Shown one piece after another: positions 27,110-39,314 of a DNA stretch of 64,000 bases. A program made the translations under genes and the position numbers. Every line of letters starts with the position of its first letter. The first letter of the stretch is position 1. The notes beneath the pieces are model-generated. The model did not search any database. It saw only the letters and a list, made by a program, of their open reading frames with translations, and had not been told where the DNA came from. The stretch comes from Mobula hypostoma (lineage: Eukaryota): positions 49,292,001-49,356,000 of the forward strand of contig NC_086108.1 in assembly GCF_963921235.1 (NCBI RefSeq). The letters run 5' to 3'.

Positions 27110-27590
27110 ATTGAGTTCAAAGTAAATTTATTATCAAAGTACATAGATGGCACCATATACAGCCCTGAGATTTTTCTTGCAGGTATACTCAATAAATCCA
27201 ATAATCATAATACGTCTTTACCTATGATGGACTGGGTTCTATCCACTACATTTTGTAGGATTTTCCTTTCAAGGGCAATGGCCATGATGCTACTAGTCAA
27301 TATACTCTGCACCATACACCTATAGAAGTTTGTCAAAAGTTTTAGATGTCATGCCAAATCTTCGCAAATTTCTAAGGAAGTGGAGGCAAAGCTGTGCTTT
27401 CTTTGTAATTGTACTTATGTGCTGGGCCCAGGATAGGTCTTTTGAAATGATAACACAGAGGAATTTAAATTTGCTGACCCTCTCTACCTTTAATTCCCTA
27501 ATGAGGACTGGCTCATGAACCTCTGGTTTCCTCCTCCTGAAGTCAGTAATCATCTTCTTAGTCTTGCTGACGTTGAGTGAGAGAGCTGTG
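27110..27590 (-). mobile_element. Rex1/Babar-like 3' fragment
   Basis: ITDFRRRK...VERVSKFKFLCVIISKDLSWAQH...LRRFGM. Confidence 0.75.
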
Positions 27591-28139
27591 GTTCCATTGA
27601 GATAGTGCTCTGACCTAGTTTTTTAAGTTCCTGCGGATGGGTTTGGGTCAGAGAGGGGACTTGGGTCAGGTTTAGGGTTTGGGGCAATGATGTGGGGAGT
27701 TAGAGGTCAAATCGGGCCTCCGCTACATACTTGAAGACCAGCGATATGGATCGGTGATGAAAGACATACAGGATCAAGACCTCTGCTCCGTGCTGACAAG
27801 GCCTGTGTTATAATCATGAAACAAAATATATCCAGAGTCCAGTCCTGCACTCTAAAGGCCAGCAATGTGGACAATTGGGATGAAGGTCATATGTTGTTGG
27901 GCTGTCTCAGGTCTGTGTCTATCCACATGAGCAGGAGGCACAAGGTCTGGTCAGTAGGCACACTTAGAGTTCAAGCCACAATATCCTGTTGTTGGTTAAT
28001 CTGGGGATCGATTCCGAAGATCAAAGCCCGAAGGTCAATCAGAAGTTACAGCCTAATAGCCGAAGCATGGAGCTAAAATGAGGAAGTTCTTTGCACCATT
28101 AGGTTGGAATCTTTGCGTGTAAACAATGGAAGTATGCCA

Positions 28140-28330
28140 GCTGGTGTTTGCACCAAACTTCGAGGTGAGTGGCCCCAGGTTCAACTGCTTTTACCCTTTC
28201 CATTTGTGCTGAGTGAGCACTGAACTAGCAACTCAGTCTCGTAAAAAAAAACAGACAATAAAGTGATAAACGGCAAGGTCGCCACCCGATGCTTCACAAG
28301 GTGCAGAAAGGAACAACAGCACCACTACAA
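28140..28330 (+). mobile_element. Degenerate SINE related to the copy at 36058
   Basis: Shares gtggccccaggttc..., ctagcaactcag..tcgtaaaaa and ggcaagg with 36058-36235. Confidence 0.5.
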
Positions 28331-29045
28331 GCAGACATCGCAAGTTTCGGTAGAGAGATGGATGAATACATTATGAATTAGACCTGTGGGGGAAAGCATG
28401 TGTGCCATATGAAAAATCCATCCCTGATGTGGTAGATGACTGCAAAATAAACCAGCCATAAAATGAATCTTCGTAGCCTACTCATAATTTCAGCTTTTAA
28501 TTTTTGTATTTCTGCTTGACAAAGCATCCCTATTATACTGCCTTCATAAGTACAATTTTGAGGTTACTTCAAACAATCTTATTGTTTATTTTTTAAATGC
28601 AATTCCTTCCTTGCCCACCTAATCTTTTTTTTGTCTGATGTACTTGTCTATACCCTTGGAGTTTATGTACATGTTGTGCATTTATCTGAAGATTAGTTCC
28701 TCTGTGATATTCTTGTGTAAATTTAAGCTGTCGCAAGTTGAAAATACAACTGGTATGTCTCCAACTTGTCTTTTATTTATATGGATAGAAGCAAAAAGTT
28801 CTATAGTACAAAAGAGTTGGTAGTTCTGGCCAACATTCTTTCCTTACATTGTCAAAAAATTGAATTCCATTCATCTCATTTGTAGAATTGGTGATCGTGT
28901 TGTCACATATTAGCTGCAGATTTAATTTTCAGCTATAAAAATAACAATTGGTTGCAAATTGCATGTGAAGATAGTATCTAAGAGATGATTTTTAATCACC
29001 ATATTAAGGCAGAAAAAGGTAATCAGTTTTTTTTCATTTTTGCAG

Positions 29046-29350
29046 GTAAAGCATTTGATATTACGTATGTAAGACTGAAATTCCACACAAGTCGACCTGA
29101 GAGCTTTGCTATTTATAAGCGTACAAGTGAAGATGGACCTTGGATACCTTACCAGTATTATAGCGGATCTTGTGAAAAAACCTACCACAAAATGAATCGT
29201 GGGTTTATCCGAACTGGAGATGATGAGCAACAGGCACTGTGCACAGATGAATTTAGTGATATATCTCCCCTCACTGGAGGAAATGTAGCCTTTTCTACTC
29301 TGGAAGGGAGGCCTAGTGCTTACAACTTTGACAATAGTCCTGTACTACAG
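29046..29350 (+). CDS. LAMC1: Laminin subunit gamma-1 internal coding exon (LN domain; equivalent to exon 2)
   Basis: Translates to [47 protein letters not shown]...[39 protein letters not shown], as recalled for vertebrate LAMC1 and distinct from LAMC3. Acceptor ttttcatttttgcag and donor CAG|gtaatt. 305 bp, phase 1 in, phase 0 out. Confidence 0.95.
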
Positions 29351-30077
29351 GTAATTAAAAAAAAATATATTTCTTGCATATATAAAATGATTTGTACTAC
29401 TTGATATACTTTAAAAGGTGTGACCTTAAATATAATAATAGAAATGATTGATTAAGAGTTTTACCACCTAATTTTAAGTGCTTTATATTGTGAACATTGT
29501 TTCAATGCCCATTTCCTTGGAGTAAGTTGTTCCGTCCCTCTCTTGAAAGATTTGACCCATGCTGAACCCTGGTTTCACAAGCACCTCAGCAGTTGTGCAG
29601 GCACCAGAGGTGATGCAGATTATTCTGATACAGGTTGCATTCAAAATGCACACAAGTAATCGACAGTGAAACTCATTATTGCTTCATAATAAATTGAAGT
29701 CTTACCGGATTTTGTATCCTTTTTTTTTAAAATCTTTTTATTGAGTAAGTATACAAAAAAGGTAAGCCATATAAACATTAATACAATGTTAAAGTATAAT
29801 AAGATTCCAAAAGATATCAATACCAAAAAGAAAATACTACAAACAATGTAATTTAAGCATAAGAAACCAAGATAACATAATAGTATACTAAATTTTATAT
29901 ATATCAATGGAAAAAAAAAGAAAATAAAACCCCAAAAAAAAAACCCACCGTGCAGCTAACTAAAAGCAAGGCAAAGCAATGGGCTAACTTGAAACCAAAC
30001 AGAGTTAAACTTAAAATCACGTCCTCAATCCCGACCTCCATTAAAAACAGTGGAAAAAAAAACAAGAAGGGTAAATA

Positions 30078-33000
30078 TTACATTAAATGAAAATATCGAA
30101 TAAAAGGTCCCCAAATCTGTTCAAATTTAAATGAAGAATCATAAAGGTTACTTCTAATTTTCTCCAAATTCAAACATAAAATCGTCTGAGAGAACCAAAA
30201 AAAGGTAGTTGGAGCATTAAGCTCTTTCCAATGTTGTAAAATTCATCTTTTCGCCATTAAAGTAAGAAATGCAATCATTCTACGGGCTGAAGGGGAAAGA
30301 TTACTAGAAATTTTAGGTAGTCCAAAGATAGCAGTAATAGGGTGAGGAGAGATATCTATATTTAATACCTTAGAAATAATATTGAAAATATCTCTCCAAA
30401 AAGTTTCCAAAGTAGGGCAAGACCAAAACATATGAGTTAAAGAGGCTATCTGCCCCGAACATCTATCACAGAAAGGATTAATATGCGAGTAAAAACGCGC
30501 TAACTTATCTTTGGACATATGTGCTCTATGAACCACTTTAAATTGAATTAGGGAATGTTTAGCACAAATAGAGGAAGTATTAACTAATTGTAAAATCTGC
30601 CCCCAATCATCCACAGAAATGGTAAGCCCCAATTCCTGTTCCCAATCTACCCTAATCTTATCAAATGGAGCTTTCCTAAGTTTCATAATAATATTATAAA
30701 TCATAGCCGATGCACCTTTCTGACATGGATTAAGGTTAATTATCGAATCTAAAATATATGTAGGAGGAAGCATTGGAAAGGAAGAAAGTATAGTACTTAG
30801 GAAATTTCTAACTTGTAAATATCTAAAAAAATGTATTCTTGATAAGTTATATTTATTGGATAGTTGTTCAAAAGACATAAGGGAACCATCTAAAAATAAA
30901 TCCAAAAACCGTAAAATACCCTTAGTCTTCCAAGTTTGAAAAGCGCGATCCGTAAAAGAGGGAGGAAAAAATATGTTACCTAAAATAGGAATCGCTAACC
31001 CGAATTGATTAAGATCAAAAAATTTTCTGAATTGAAACCAAATGCGCAAAGCATATTTAACTATTGGGTTAGAGACCTGCTTAAGACGTTTCGAATCAAA
31101 AGGGAGAGAGGAGCCTAAAATAGAACCAAGTGTATAACCCTGAACTGATTGTAATTCCAATGCTACCCATTTAGGAATAGATAGTATGTCCTGGTCAAGT
31201 AACCAAAATTTCATATGTCGAATATTAATAGCCCAATAATAGAATCTAAAGTTAGGTAATGCTAAACCTCCATCTCTCTTAGCTTTCTGTAAATGTATTT
31301 TACCCAGTCTCGGATTCTTATTCTGCCAAATAAATGAAGAAATTTTAGAGTCAACTTTATCAAAAAAAGATTTAGGAACGAAAATTGGTAATGCCTGAAA
31401 CACATATAAAAATTTTGGCAAAAAGAACATCTTAACTGCATTAATACGACCAATCAAAGTTAAATATAAGGGAAACCATTTAGATGAAAGTTGAGTAATA
31501 TGGTCAATTAATGGTAAAAAGTTAGTCTTAAATAAATCTTTGTATTTACAAGTAATTTTAATCCCAAGATATGAAAAGTAATTATTAATCAATTTAAATG
31601 GAAATTTATAATATAAGGGAAGATGTTTATTAATCGGAAAAAGTTCACTCTTACTAAGATTTAATTTATAACCTGAGAAAAGACCAAATTGTGCTAATAA
31701 CTCTAAAACAGCAGGAATGGATCTCTCAGGATTAGAAATATATAAAAGTAAATCATCAGCATAGAGTGATAATTTATGGGACTTTAATCCCCGAGTTATC
31801 CCAGTAATATTTGAAGATTTTCGAATAGCAATTGCAAGAGGTTCTAATGCAATATCAAATAATAGGGGACTAAGAGGACAGCCTTGTCGAGTACCATGAA
31901 AGAGAGGAAAAAAAGGTGAGTTTAAAGAGTTAGTACGAACCGAGGCTACAGGGGAGTGATATAACAGTTTAATCCAGGATATAAATTTCAAGCTAAAATT
32001 AAACATTTCAAGCACCTTAAATAAATAAGGCCATTCTACTCTATCAAAAGCTTTCTCGGCATCTAAAGAAATAACACACTCAGGAACATTTTGTGAGGGA
32101 GTATAAACGATATTTAACAATGTACGAATATTATAAAAAGAGTAACGACCTTTAATAAAACCCGTTTGGTCTTTCGAAATAATAGAAGGAAGTACTTTTT
32201 CTAGTCTATTTGCTAATAACTTAGAAAAAACTTTAGAATCAACATTTAATAAAGATATTGGTCTATAAGATGCACATTGAGCAGGGTCTTTATCCTTCTT
32301 TAGTATTAGAGAAATTGATGCTCTATTAAAAGATTCAGGAAGTTTACCAAGTTTCAAAGAAGCCTCAAAAACCCTACAGAGCCAAGGAATCAATAAAGAA
32401 GCAAAACATTTATAAAATTCAACGGTAAACCCATCAGGGCCAGGAGCTTTCCCCAGATTCATAGAAAAAATAACATTCTTAATCTCATCCATTGTAATGG
32501 AAGTATCTAATAAAGAAGACATATCCTGTGAAATCTGAGGGAAGTTTAACTTATCTAAAAAATCATTCATATATTTAGAATCTCGAGGAGACTCTGATTG
32601 ATATAAAGAAGAATAAAAATCACAAAAGGTTTGATTAATCCCCACATGATCCAGTATCAATCGATCATTTTGGTTATAAATCTGATTGATTTGAGATTTA
32701 ACATAATTAGATTTCAATTGATTAGCCAGCAGCTTGCCAATTTTGTCACTGTGAACATAAAAGTCACTTCTTGTTTTCTTTAATTGGTTTACAATCGAGG
32801 ACGAGAGTAATAAACTGTGTTCCATTTGAAGTTCAGTTCTTTGTTTGTATAACTCCTCAGAAGGAGCCATAACATATTTCTTATCAATTTCTTTGATCTT
32901 GTCCACAATTGCCATCTCCTCCTGCTTCTGTTTCTTCCTCAAAGCAACAGAATACGAAATAATCTGACCCCGAATATAGGCTTTAAAAGTGTCCCAAAGA

Positions 33001-33854
33001 GTGTTAACCGAAATATCTTCTGTATGGTTAATTGTAAAAAAAAGCTCAATCTGTTCATTCATAAAATTAACAAAGTCCGAGTCCTGAAGCAACAGCGAAT
33101 TAAAACGCCATTGTCTATTATTTGGTATATTGGCCATAATTTTAATAGAAAGCTTAAGTGGAGCATGATCCGAAATGGTTATAGAATCATAATCACATTT
33201 AATCACTGAAGGAATAAGACGAGAATCAATGAAAAAATAATCAATTCTTGAATAGGAATGATGAACATGTGAAAAGAAGGAAAAATCTTTTTCCTGAGGA
33301 TGCAGAAAACGCCAAATGTCCGTCGACCCAGAATCAGAAAGGAAAAAATTAATCAGATTTGCAGATTTATTAGGTAAAGTCCGTAAAGGAGCCGAACGGT
33401 CCAAAGCTGGAGACAAACAGGTATTAAGATCTCCGCCCCAAATCAATGAAAACTCGTTCAAATTCGGAAACTGATCAAACAATGATTTATAAAATTCCGG
33501 ACAATCCATATTAGGAGCATAAACATTAACCAAAACTACTTTTTTATTAAATAGTAAACCACTAACCAATAAAAATCTACCATTCGGATCAGAGATAATA
33601 TCCTGTTGTATAAAAGTAACTGAGGAATCTATAAAAATAGAGACGCCTCGAATCTTAGCATTGGAGTTCGAATGAAATTGTTGTCCCTTCCAGAATTTGA
33701 AAAAACGTAGTCTGTCCCCCCTCCGTACATGGGTCTCTTGTAAAAATAAAATTTGTGCTTTAAGTCTCCGGAACACTTTAAAAACTTTTTTCCTTTTAAT
33801 AGGATGATTAAGACCATTAGTATTCCAGGAGACAAAATTAATAATAGACTCCAT
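30078..33854 (-). pseudogene. L1 ORF2p (APE endonuclease, RT, CCHC) with one premature TGA at 30243-30245
   Basis: SWNTNGLN, FLQETH, SRIDYF, SDHAP, KAPGPDGF, LDAEKAFDRV, GTRQGCPLSPLLF, YADD, CDRC...HMFWSC. The frame continues past the TGA with a typical L1 C-terminus to TAA at 30078-30080. Likely ATG at 33852-33854. Confidence 0.9.
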
Positions 33855-34578
33855 AAATCCTAAAGTCAACCCACAACAAGGAGGATTGACGATAGGCGCG
33901 ACCCACAAACCCGGAGAGGAAACAGAACATACAAAAGATACCGGGAAAAAGGACGCAACCAGTACTTCAATAATGTATATAGCCCAAAGAGAAACAAACT
34001 AAAACGTGAAGCCCCTCCCACCACCTGCCGCCCCAAGACCCCAAGGCAAAATCTAAAGCAGACCCGCCAGAAAGAAGCAAGCCCTAAAACTACCCCCATG
34101 ACTTCCGGTATACGCTCCCTAAAAAAAAAGGTATAAATATGAAAAGGATCAGCTAATTGTAAAACAGTAAAAAAGTAAATAAAAAAAAAGTTAGCTCAAT
34201 TAAAATACCCACAGAACAGAACAAAAGCCGGAAAATATATATTAAAAAAAAACCACAATAAACCTCAAACCCATGAATAGACACAGCAACAAGAAAAAAT
34301 AGGATTATTGACATAAAGTGGTTATAAAAAGCAAGACAGAATAAAATTTAAAAAAAAACTACAAAATTTAAGGCCACACAGGAAATACGTAAGATGACAA
34401 AAGGGAAGTAACCACCCAGAATCCCCTGGGAAAAGAAAGAAATGACGCAGTTAAAAAGAAAGTTTAGCGACCATATTAAGAAATCAAAAATAAACTTTTC
34501 TGCCCAGATAGGGCACGAAAAAGTTAAAACCAACCAATTCACAGCCTCCGATCAACGGAGATCATTAAAAAAAGGCAA

Positions 34579-35478
34579 TTAAGATGTTGAAGATGAAAGT
34601 TGATCCAGATAACTCTGGGCATCCGATGGAGAATCAAAAAAACGAAGGGCTCCATCTGACATGCGAATCCTTAGACGTGCAGGGTACAGCAGCGCTGGTC
34701 TTAAATCCATCTTATAGAATTCCGACATCACGGATCTGTAACGAACCCGTTGGTCCCAGATTGGTTTACTGAAATCTTCCACGAATCGGAACTTAAGATC
34801 CGAAAAATCAATGAAACCTTTAGATCGAGCGAATCGAAACAGTCTCTCCTTGTCTTGAAAATAATGAAAACGTAAAATAACATGCCTAGGTCTATCTGAC
34901 CTAGACGAATATGATGGGATTCTGTGAACACGATCCAGAAGCGGTGGTTGGTCAGGAAATACAGTAGGGAATGCATCTTTTAAAAGTTGAGAAAAATATT
35001 TCATGGGGTTGTTGGATTCCACGGCTTCCCTCACCCCGATCATTCGTAAATTCTGCCGTCGCATTCTAGATTCCAAGTCAGAGTTTTTAAAAGTCAAAAA
35101 GTCAAGTTTCTTCTTCATTACATTAATTGTTTCTTCGATTTTCCCCATCTTAAGCTCACTTTGTTGCGCGAATTTTTGAAGATCAGATATAGCCGACTGA
35201 TGTTCCGCAATAAATGTTTGCATCTTATCCATTGAATCGGCAATTTTCTGGAAATTAGTTGAGATTTCGGTCTGAATCAGGTCTTTAACAGAGCCTGCAA
35301 TTTCCGTACGAATCATCTCCCTAACAGAGGTTGAAATTTCCCTCTGAATTAACTCCGATATCGCTTTCAAAGTCACCGGTGATTCAGTCGGAGGGAAATC
35401 CGTAGCTTTCGGTTTAACCGGAAGTTTACCATCCTTGCCGTTTTTCCCGTTCTTAGACATAGCAGATCTAAGTATCAT
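34579..35478 (-). CDS. L1 ORF1p (coiled coil + RRM + CTD, Transposase_22-like), intact
   Basis: DLESRMRRQNLRMIGVRE, DRVHR, RPRHVILRFH, LLYPARLRI. The true start may be MSKNG (35460). Confidence 0.92.
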   Translation of the reverse strand: MILRSAMSKNGKNGKDGKLPVKPKATDFPPTESPVTLKAISELIQREISTSVREMIRTEIAGSVKDLIQTEISTNFQKIADSMDKMQTFIAEHQSAISDLQKFAQQSELKMGKIEETINVMKKKLDFLTFKNSDLESRMRRQNLRMIGVREAVESNNPMKYFSQLLKDAFPTVFPDQPPLLDRVHRIPSYSSRSDRPRHVILRFHYFQDKERLFRFARSKGFIDFSDLKFRFVEDFSKPIWDQRVRYRSVMSEFYKMDLRPALLYPARLRIRMSDGALRFFDSPSDAQSYLDQLSSSTS

Positions 35479-36057
35479 CCAATTGTCGGAGAATTCAGTT
35501 TAATTCAAAGTATTGTAAGAATTGATGCCTTAATGGTTAATTAAAGTATAGCTGACCATAGAGAAAAAAAACTCAGAGGTAATGGAGCGAGTCAAGAACG
35601 CGACTTCACTCCATGAGCGCTACCGGAAGTCTCCCTGGATTTTGTATCCTTGTGGAGATTATTCCTCCCCCGGTTCATTCACAGGGTGCATTAACGTTAT
35701 CAGCACAGGATGAGTATGTGATTTTTATGCTTTCAATTTGCTTTGCTTAGAAATTAGTGTTTCTACATATTACTTGGGTTGGGTGGAATGTTAATTATGA
35801 TGCAAATATAAATAATAGGTACAAAGCTACATCAGATTGATGATTTAGATTAGAACAGCACTGCAGATGTTGAAAACATAAAATTAAATAAAAGTTTGGA
35901 GCCATTAAGTATTTCAGTTAACACATTGGAGAGAAACTGAGCTCATGTTTCAGGTTAATGACTTGTGGGCAGCAAGGTCCTTGATCTGAAATCAATTTGT
36001 TGTAATTCAAGAGGAAGACAATTTGACACATGTTTCTGTATGAATTACTGCCTAAAT

Positions 36058-36235
36058 GCCAGCCAGTGGTGTAGTGGCATCTGCTCTGGGCTTTGATGCA
36101 AGTGGTCCTGGGTTCGAATCCGGCCGGCTCCTTGCATGCTTTCCATCCATGCTGGGTTGAGCTCGAGCTAGACTTGTAAAACAACTCAGCCTTGTAAAAA
36201 CACAGATTAAAAAAAGCTAAAGAAATGGCAAGGTG
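36058..36235 (+). mobile_element. tRNA-derived SINE
   Basis: A box TGGTGTAGTGG and B box GGTTCGAATCC, followed by a non-tRNA body. Confidence 0.7.
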
Positions 36236-36449
36236 ATAAAAATGTTTTATCATTAATAACTGGATAATGTCTATATTCATTCATTTTACTTATGTATACT
36301 GTTAGCCTAATTAGTGAAATAGAATTATAACTAGTGTATGTAGAGAGTTATGACATGAGTAGATATTGAAACAGATGTTTCTGACTTTGTAGAAATTGAT
36401 TTACAGGCCCTTTTTGAGAACAGAAGCCTCACAGAATAGCCTGCACTTA

Positions 36450-36605
36450 GAACACAGAACATAGAAACCTATAGCACATTGCAGGCCCTTCAGCCCACAA
36501 TGTGCGAACATGTAACCTACTCTAGAAACTGCCTAGAATTTCCCTGCCATAATAGCCCTCTATTTTTCTAAGCTCCGTGTACCTAACAGTCTCTTAAAAG
36601 ACTCT
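36450..36605 (-). mobile_element. CR1 3' tail fragment
   Basis: Reverse complement of the CR1 tail (catagaaac...gcaggcccttcagcccaca...). Confidence 0.7.
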
Positions 36606-37749
36606 TGATCACTTAATTCAGCTAAATAAGTAAATAAATTTCTCATTATGACACAAGAATATTAAAAATATCCTGAAGATGATGCCTCCTAAATCAGACT
36701 GGAATTTTGGTTAGAACTCTACTTGCTTGTTAGTTCTTGGTGGAGGTGTCAAATTTTCTTTATTTACTGTACGGTCCTGACATTTTAAAATCCCTCTTGA
36801 TCATCTTAAAAGCGGAATGATTCAAGAGATTCAGGAATGTTTAATGTCATTTCCAGTACACAAATGTAAAGGAGCACAAAATAATAGTTAAACTGGATCC
36901 AATGCAGCACAAAATAAATACGACAAGATAAAGAATGTAATAATAAAAAAGCATACGATAAATATAAATACATAAGATAAGCTTAAATGCCTAGACAGTT
37001 AATGCTTCTGGAGGGCAAGGGCACTGACAGGGGGAACACTAGTGAATATTTCAGTTTGTAGGTCTTTGCTTCAATTTTTGTGCATTTCCTCATGTTGTAA
37101 AACATTGAAAACTTCGGTTGTGTGTTGCAAGCCTTTGTTTCATTAATTCTTGTGTGGGGACTATGATGGAATTGTGACCTAATTTACATTTGAAAACCCT
37201 TGGTCAGAAAACACTTGACACACTTTTTAAAAAAACTTGTTGGATGTATTCCGATCTATTCTTTTATTTGTTTCTGTTTGTCTTTGTATCATTGTCCTAG
37301 TTTCCGGACAGGAAATGGCAACTTCCAGCATGGAAAAATAGTGTGGAGCAGATGATGTTAGCACCTACATTTAATGAGCCATGAAATCTCAGGCTATTTT
37401 ACCCAAGTGGAAAATCCTAGTCTCATTTCAGATTACAAGTGGTCCTTGTAGTTCCTGATTCATAAACAGCTCTTAAGACATTGCAGTCATTTTAAAAGAA
37501 CTAACAACATCAGTTAGCTGTGATCACATCGCAGTTCTCACTTTCTTTCGTCATTTGTCTTTGTACTGACACCCACTGCTCCCACTCACTCATTGACCAG
37601 GGTTACAGCTGACTCCCACGGACCCCCCTCCTTCACCTTCCCTGCAGCTTTGCAAGCTACTTTTGTCTCCTTTTCAGGTATAACGGATCACTGACTCGGA
37701 ACCTTAATCATGTTTATCTTTGCATAGATGTAGTTTGACTCACTGAGTA

Positions 37750-39314
37750 CAGGTTTTCCCCCGCCATCCGAAGGTAGAGCGTTCCTATGAAACGGTTCAT
37801 AAGCCGAAATGTTATAAAGCGAAGAAGCAATTACCATATATTTATATGGGACAATTTTGTGAGCGTTCGCAAACCCAAAAATAACCTACCAGATCATGCA
37901 AAATAACACATAAAACCTAAAATAACAGTAACATACAGTAAAAGCCGGAATGATATGATAAATACACAGCCTATATAAAGTAGAAATACTTTTCCACAAT
38001 CATTACTGAACTGTTCTCCGTAGCGAAACTCTCACGCAAGCGCCGTCGGCAGAAAATCTCATGCAAGCGCTGTTGGCAAAAACACGCGCAAGCGCTCTCC
38101 AGTAACCTTTAAGCTATGAAGCTGCCAAATCATACCAAATAACCCGTAAAAATACACAACCGACATAAAGTAGAAATAATGTATGTACAGTGTAGTATCA
38201 CTTACCAGAACTGGTTCAGCGCCGAGCACACTGATGATGGTGTGTTAGGCTGAGTCGTTGGAGTTTGGGTGGTGCAGTGGCCCCCCCACCCTCCAGGCTG
38301 CTGAGCGATACATTGCCGCGAAGAACGCAGGGGTCCAGCAGTAGCCGGGAGGTACACAGCACATCTTTAAGAAAAGAGCAGAAACGAACATGCTAATTAA
38401 TTAGGTGCCGCCCATAATTGTCGGCCCAGATCAGTGCCGATTTCTGATTGCGTCGTCTCTGATCTGGGCCGACAATTACATGTCGGTGGCACCTAATTAA
38501 TTAGCATGTTTATTTCGGCTTTTTTCTTAAAGATGTGCTGTGTGCCTCCCAGTTACCTTTGCATTCTCCGTGAATCGGTATCTATCCTTGGCCTGGGGGT
38601 TGGAGTGGTGGGACACTGGGGTGTCATCTCATCGCCTGTTTCCATTAGAATAGGCAGCTCATCTTGTCCTATGACTGCTCACCTCGAGGTTCGTCATCTG
38701 CTGTGGCTGATGTGGAAGGCTTGCTTGACTGCTGAGCCTCGCGCATTTTTCTATCACACAGTTCTTTAATAAGGACTCAACCCATCTTGCAAATATCTCC
38801 TAAACTGACGTACCCTTTCAAAATTAAAGTCGTACTTTATCATTACTCATTCGGTTTCGATTGTTATCCTTTTTTCTTCCATTGCATCAGCTCTTCATCT
38901 GTCAGTTCTTGGTGATGGGATGCCAAAACCTCTTCAACATCATCTTCGTCAACTTCCACAAGCCAAACTCACGTTGTTCTTACTTCGTTCACCACGATCA
39001 AAACACTTAATTATGTCTAGTTTTACCGTAAGTGTAACACCCTTATGAGCTGTTTCAGGCTTTTCTGATACCATAGAACTCATCTTGCAAACGGCTGCTC
39101 AAGGGCTCGTGTTTAAGCAATACCGGCGAGAATCCGGGGGAGAGCGGCTGCTCGGGGCGCGCTGCCTTTTATCGTGCGCTGATTTTTTCACGCGCTGAAT
39201 TTTTTTTTCGTAACAGTGAAAACACCTTCTGAAAGCGAAAATAGGGTACTAATGTAGGTCTTTCGTAACAGTGAGGTTTCGTAAAGCGAACGTTTGAAAA
39301 GCGGGGGACACCTG
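37750..39314. mobile_element. Non-autonomous Tigger/pogo-like element, inserted in a PLE-terminus remnant
   Basis: CAGGTTTTCCCCCGC ... GCGGGGGACACCTG ends with TA at 37748-37749 and 39315-39316. Repeated subterminal taaagcgaa motifs. The flanks rejoin as ctgagta|tctccaacattttctgt. Confidence 0.8.
38275..38618. repeat. Fold-back (long inverted repeat), hAT-like MITE inside the Tigger-like element
   Basis: Arms at about 38347-38434 and 38459-38550 are near-perfect reverse complements. Outer ends resemble CAGTGG.CCCC(A)ACC. Confidence 0.75.

Larger units (their letters stand above)
29722..35636 (-). mobile_element. Full-length, young L1 (LINE-1) retrotransposon, antisense to LAMC1
   Basis: TSD GGATTTTGTATCCT(T) at 29707-29721 and 35637-35651. 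5' end AGGGAGACTTCCGG. ORF1, about 720-bp spacer, ORF2, then AATAAA and a short A tail. Confidence 0.97.

Noticed and set aside
28985..29404. 139-aa ORF as a standalone gene
   Set aside because: Only 29046-29350 is laminin-like and bounded by splice sites; the rest is intron read-through.
30243..30245. Selenocysteine or programmed readthrough at the ORF2 TGA
   Set aside because: No SECIS recognised and only one copy seen; a point mutation or sequencing error is simpler.
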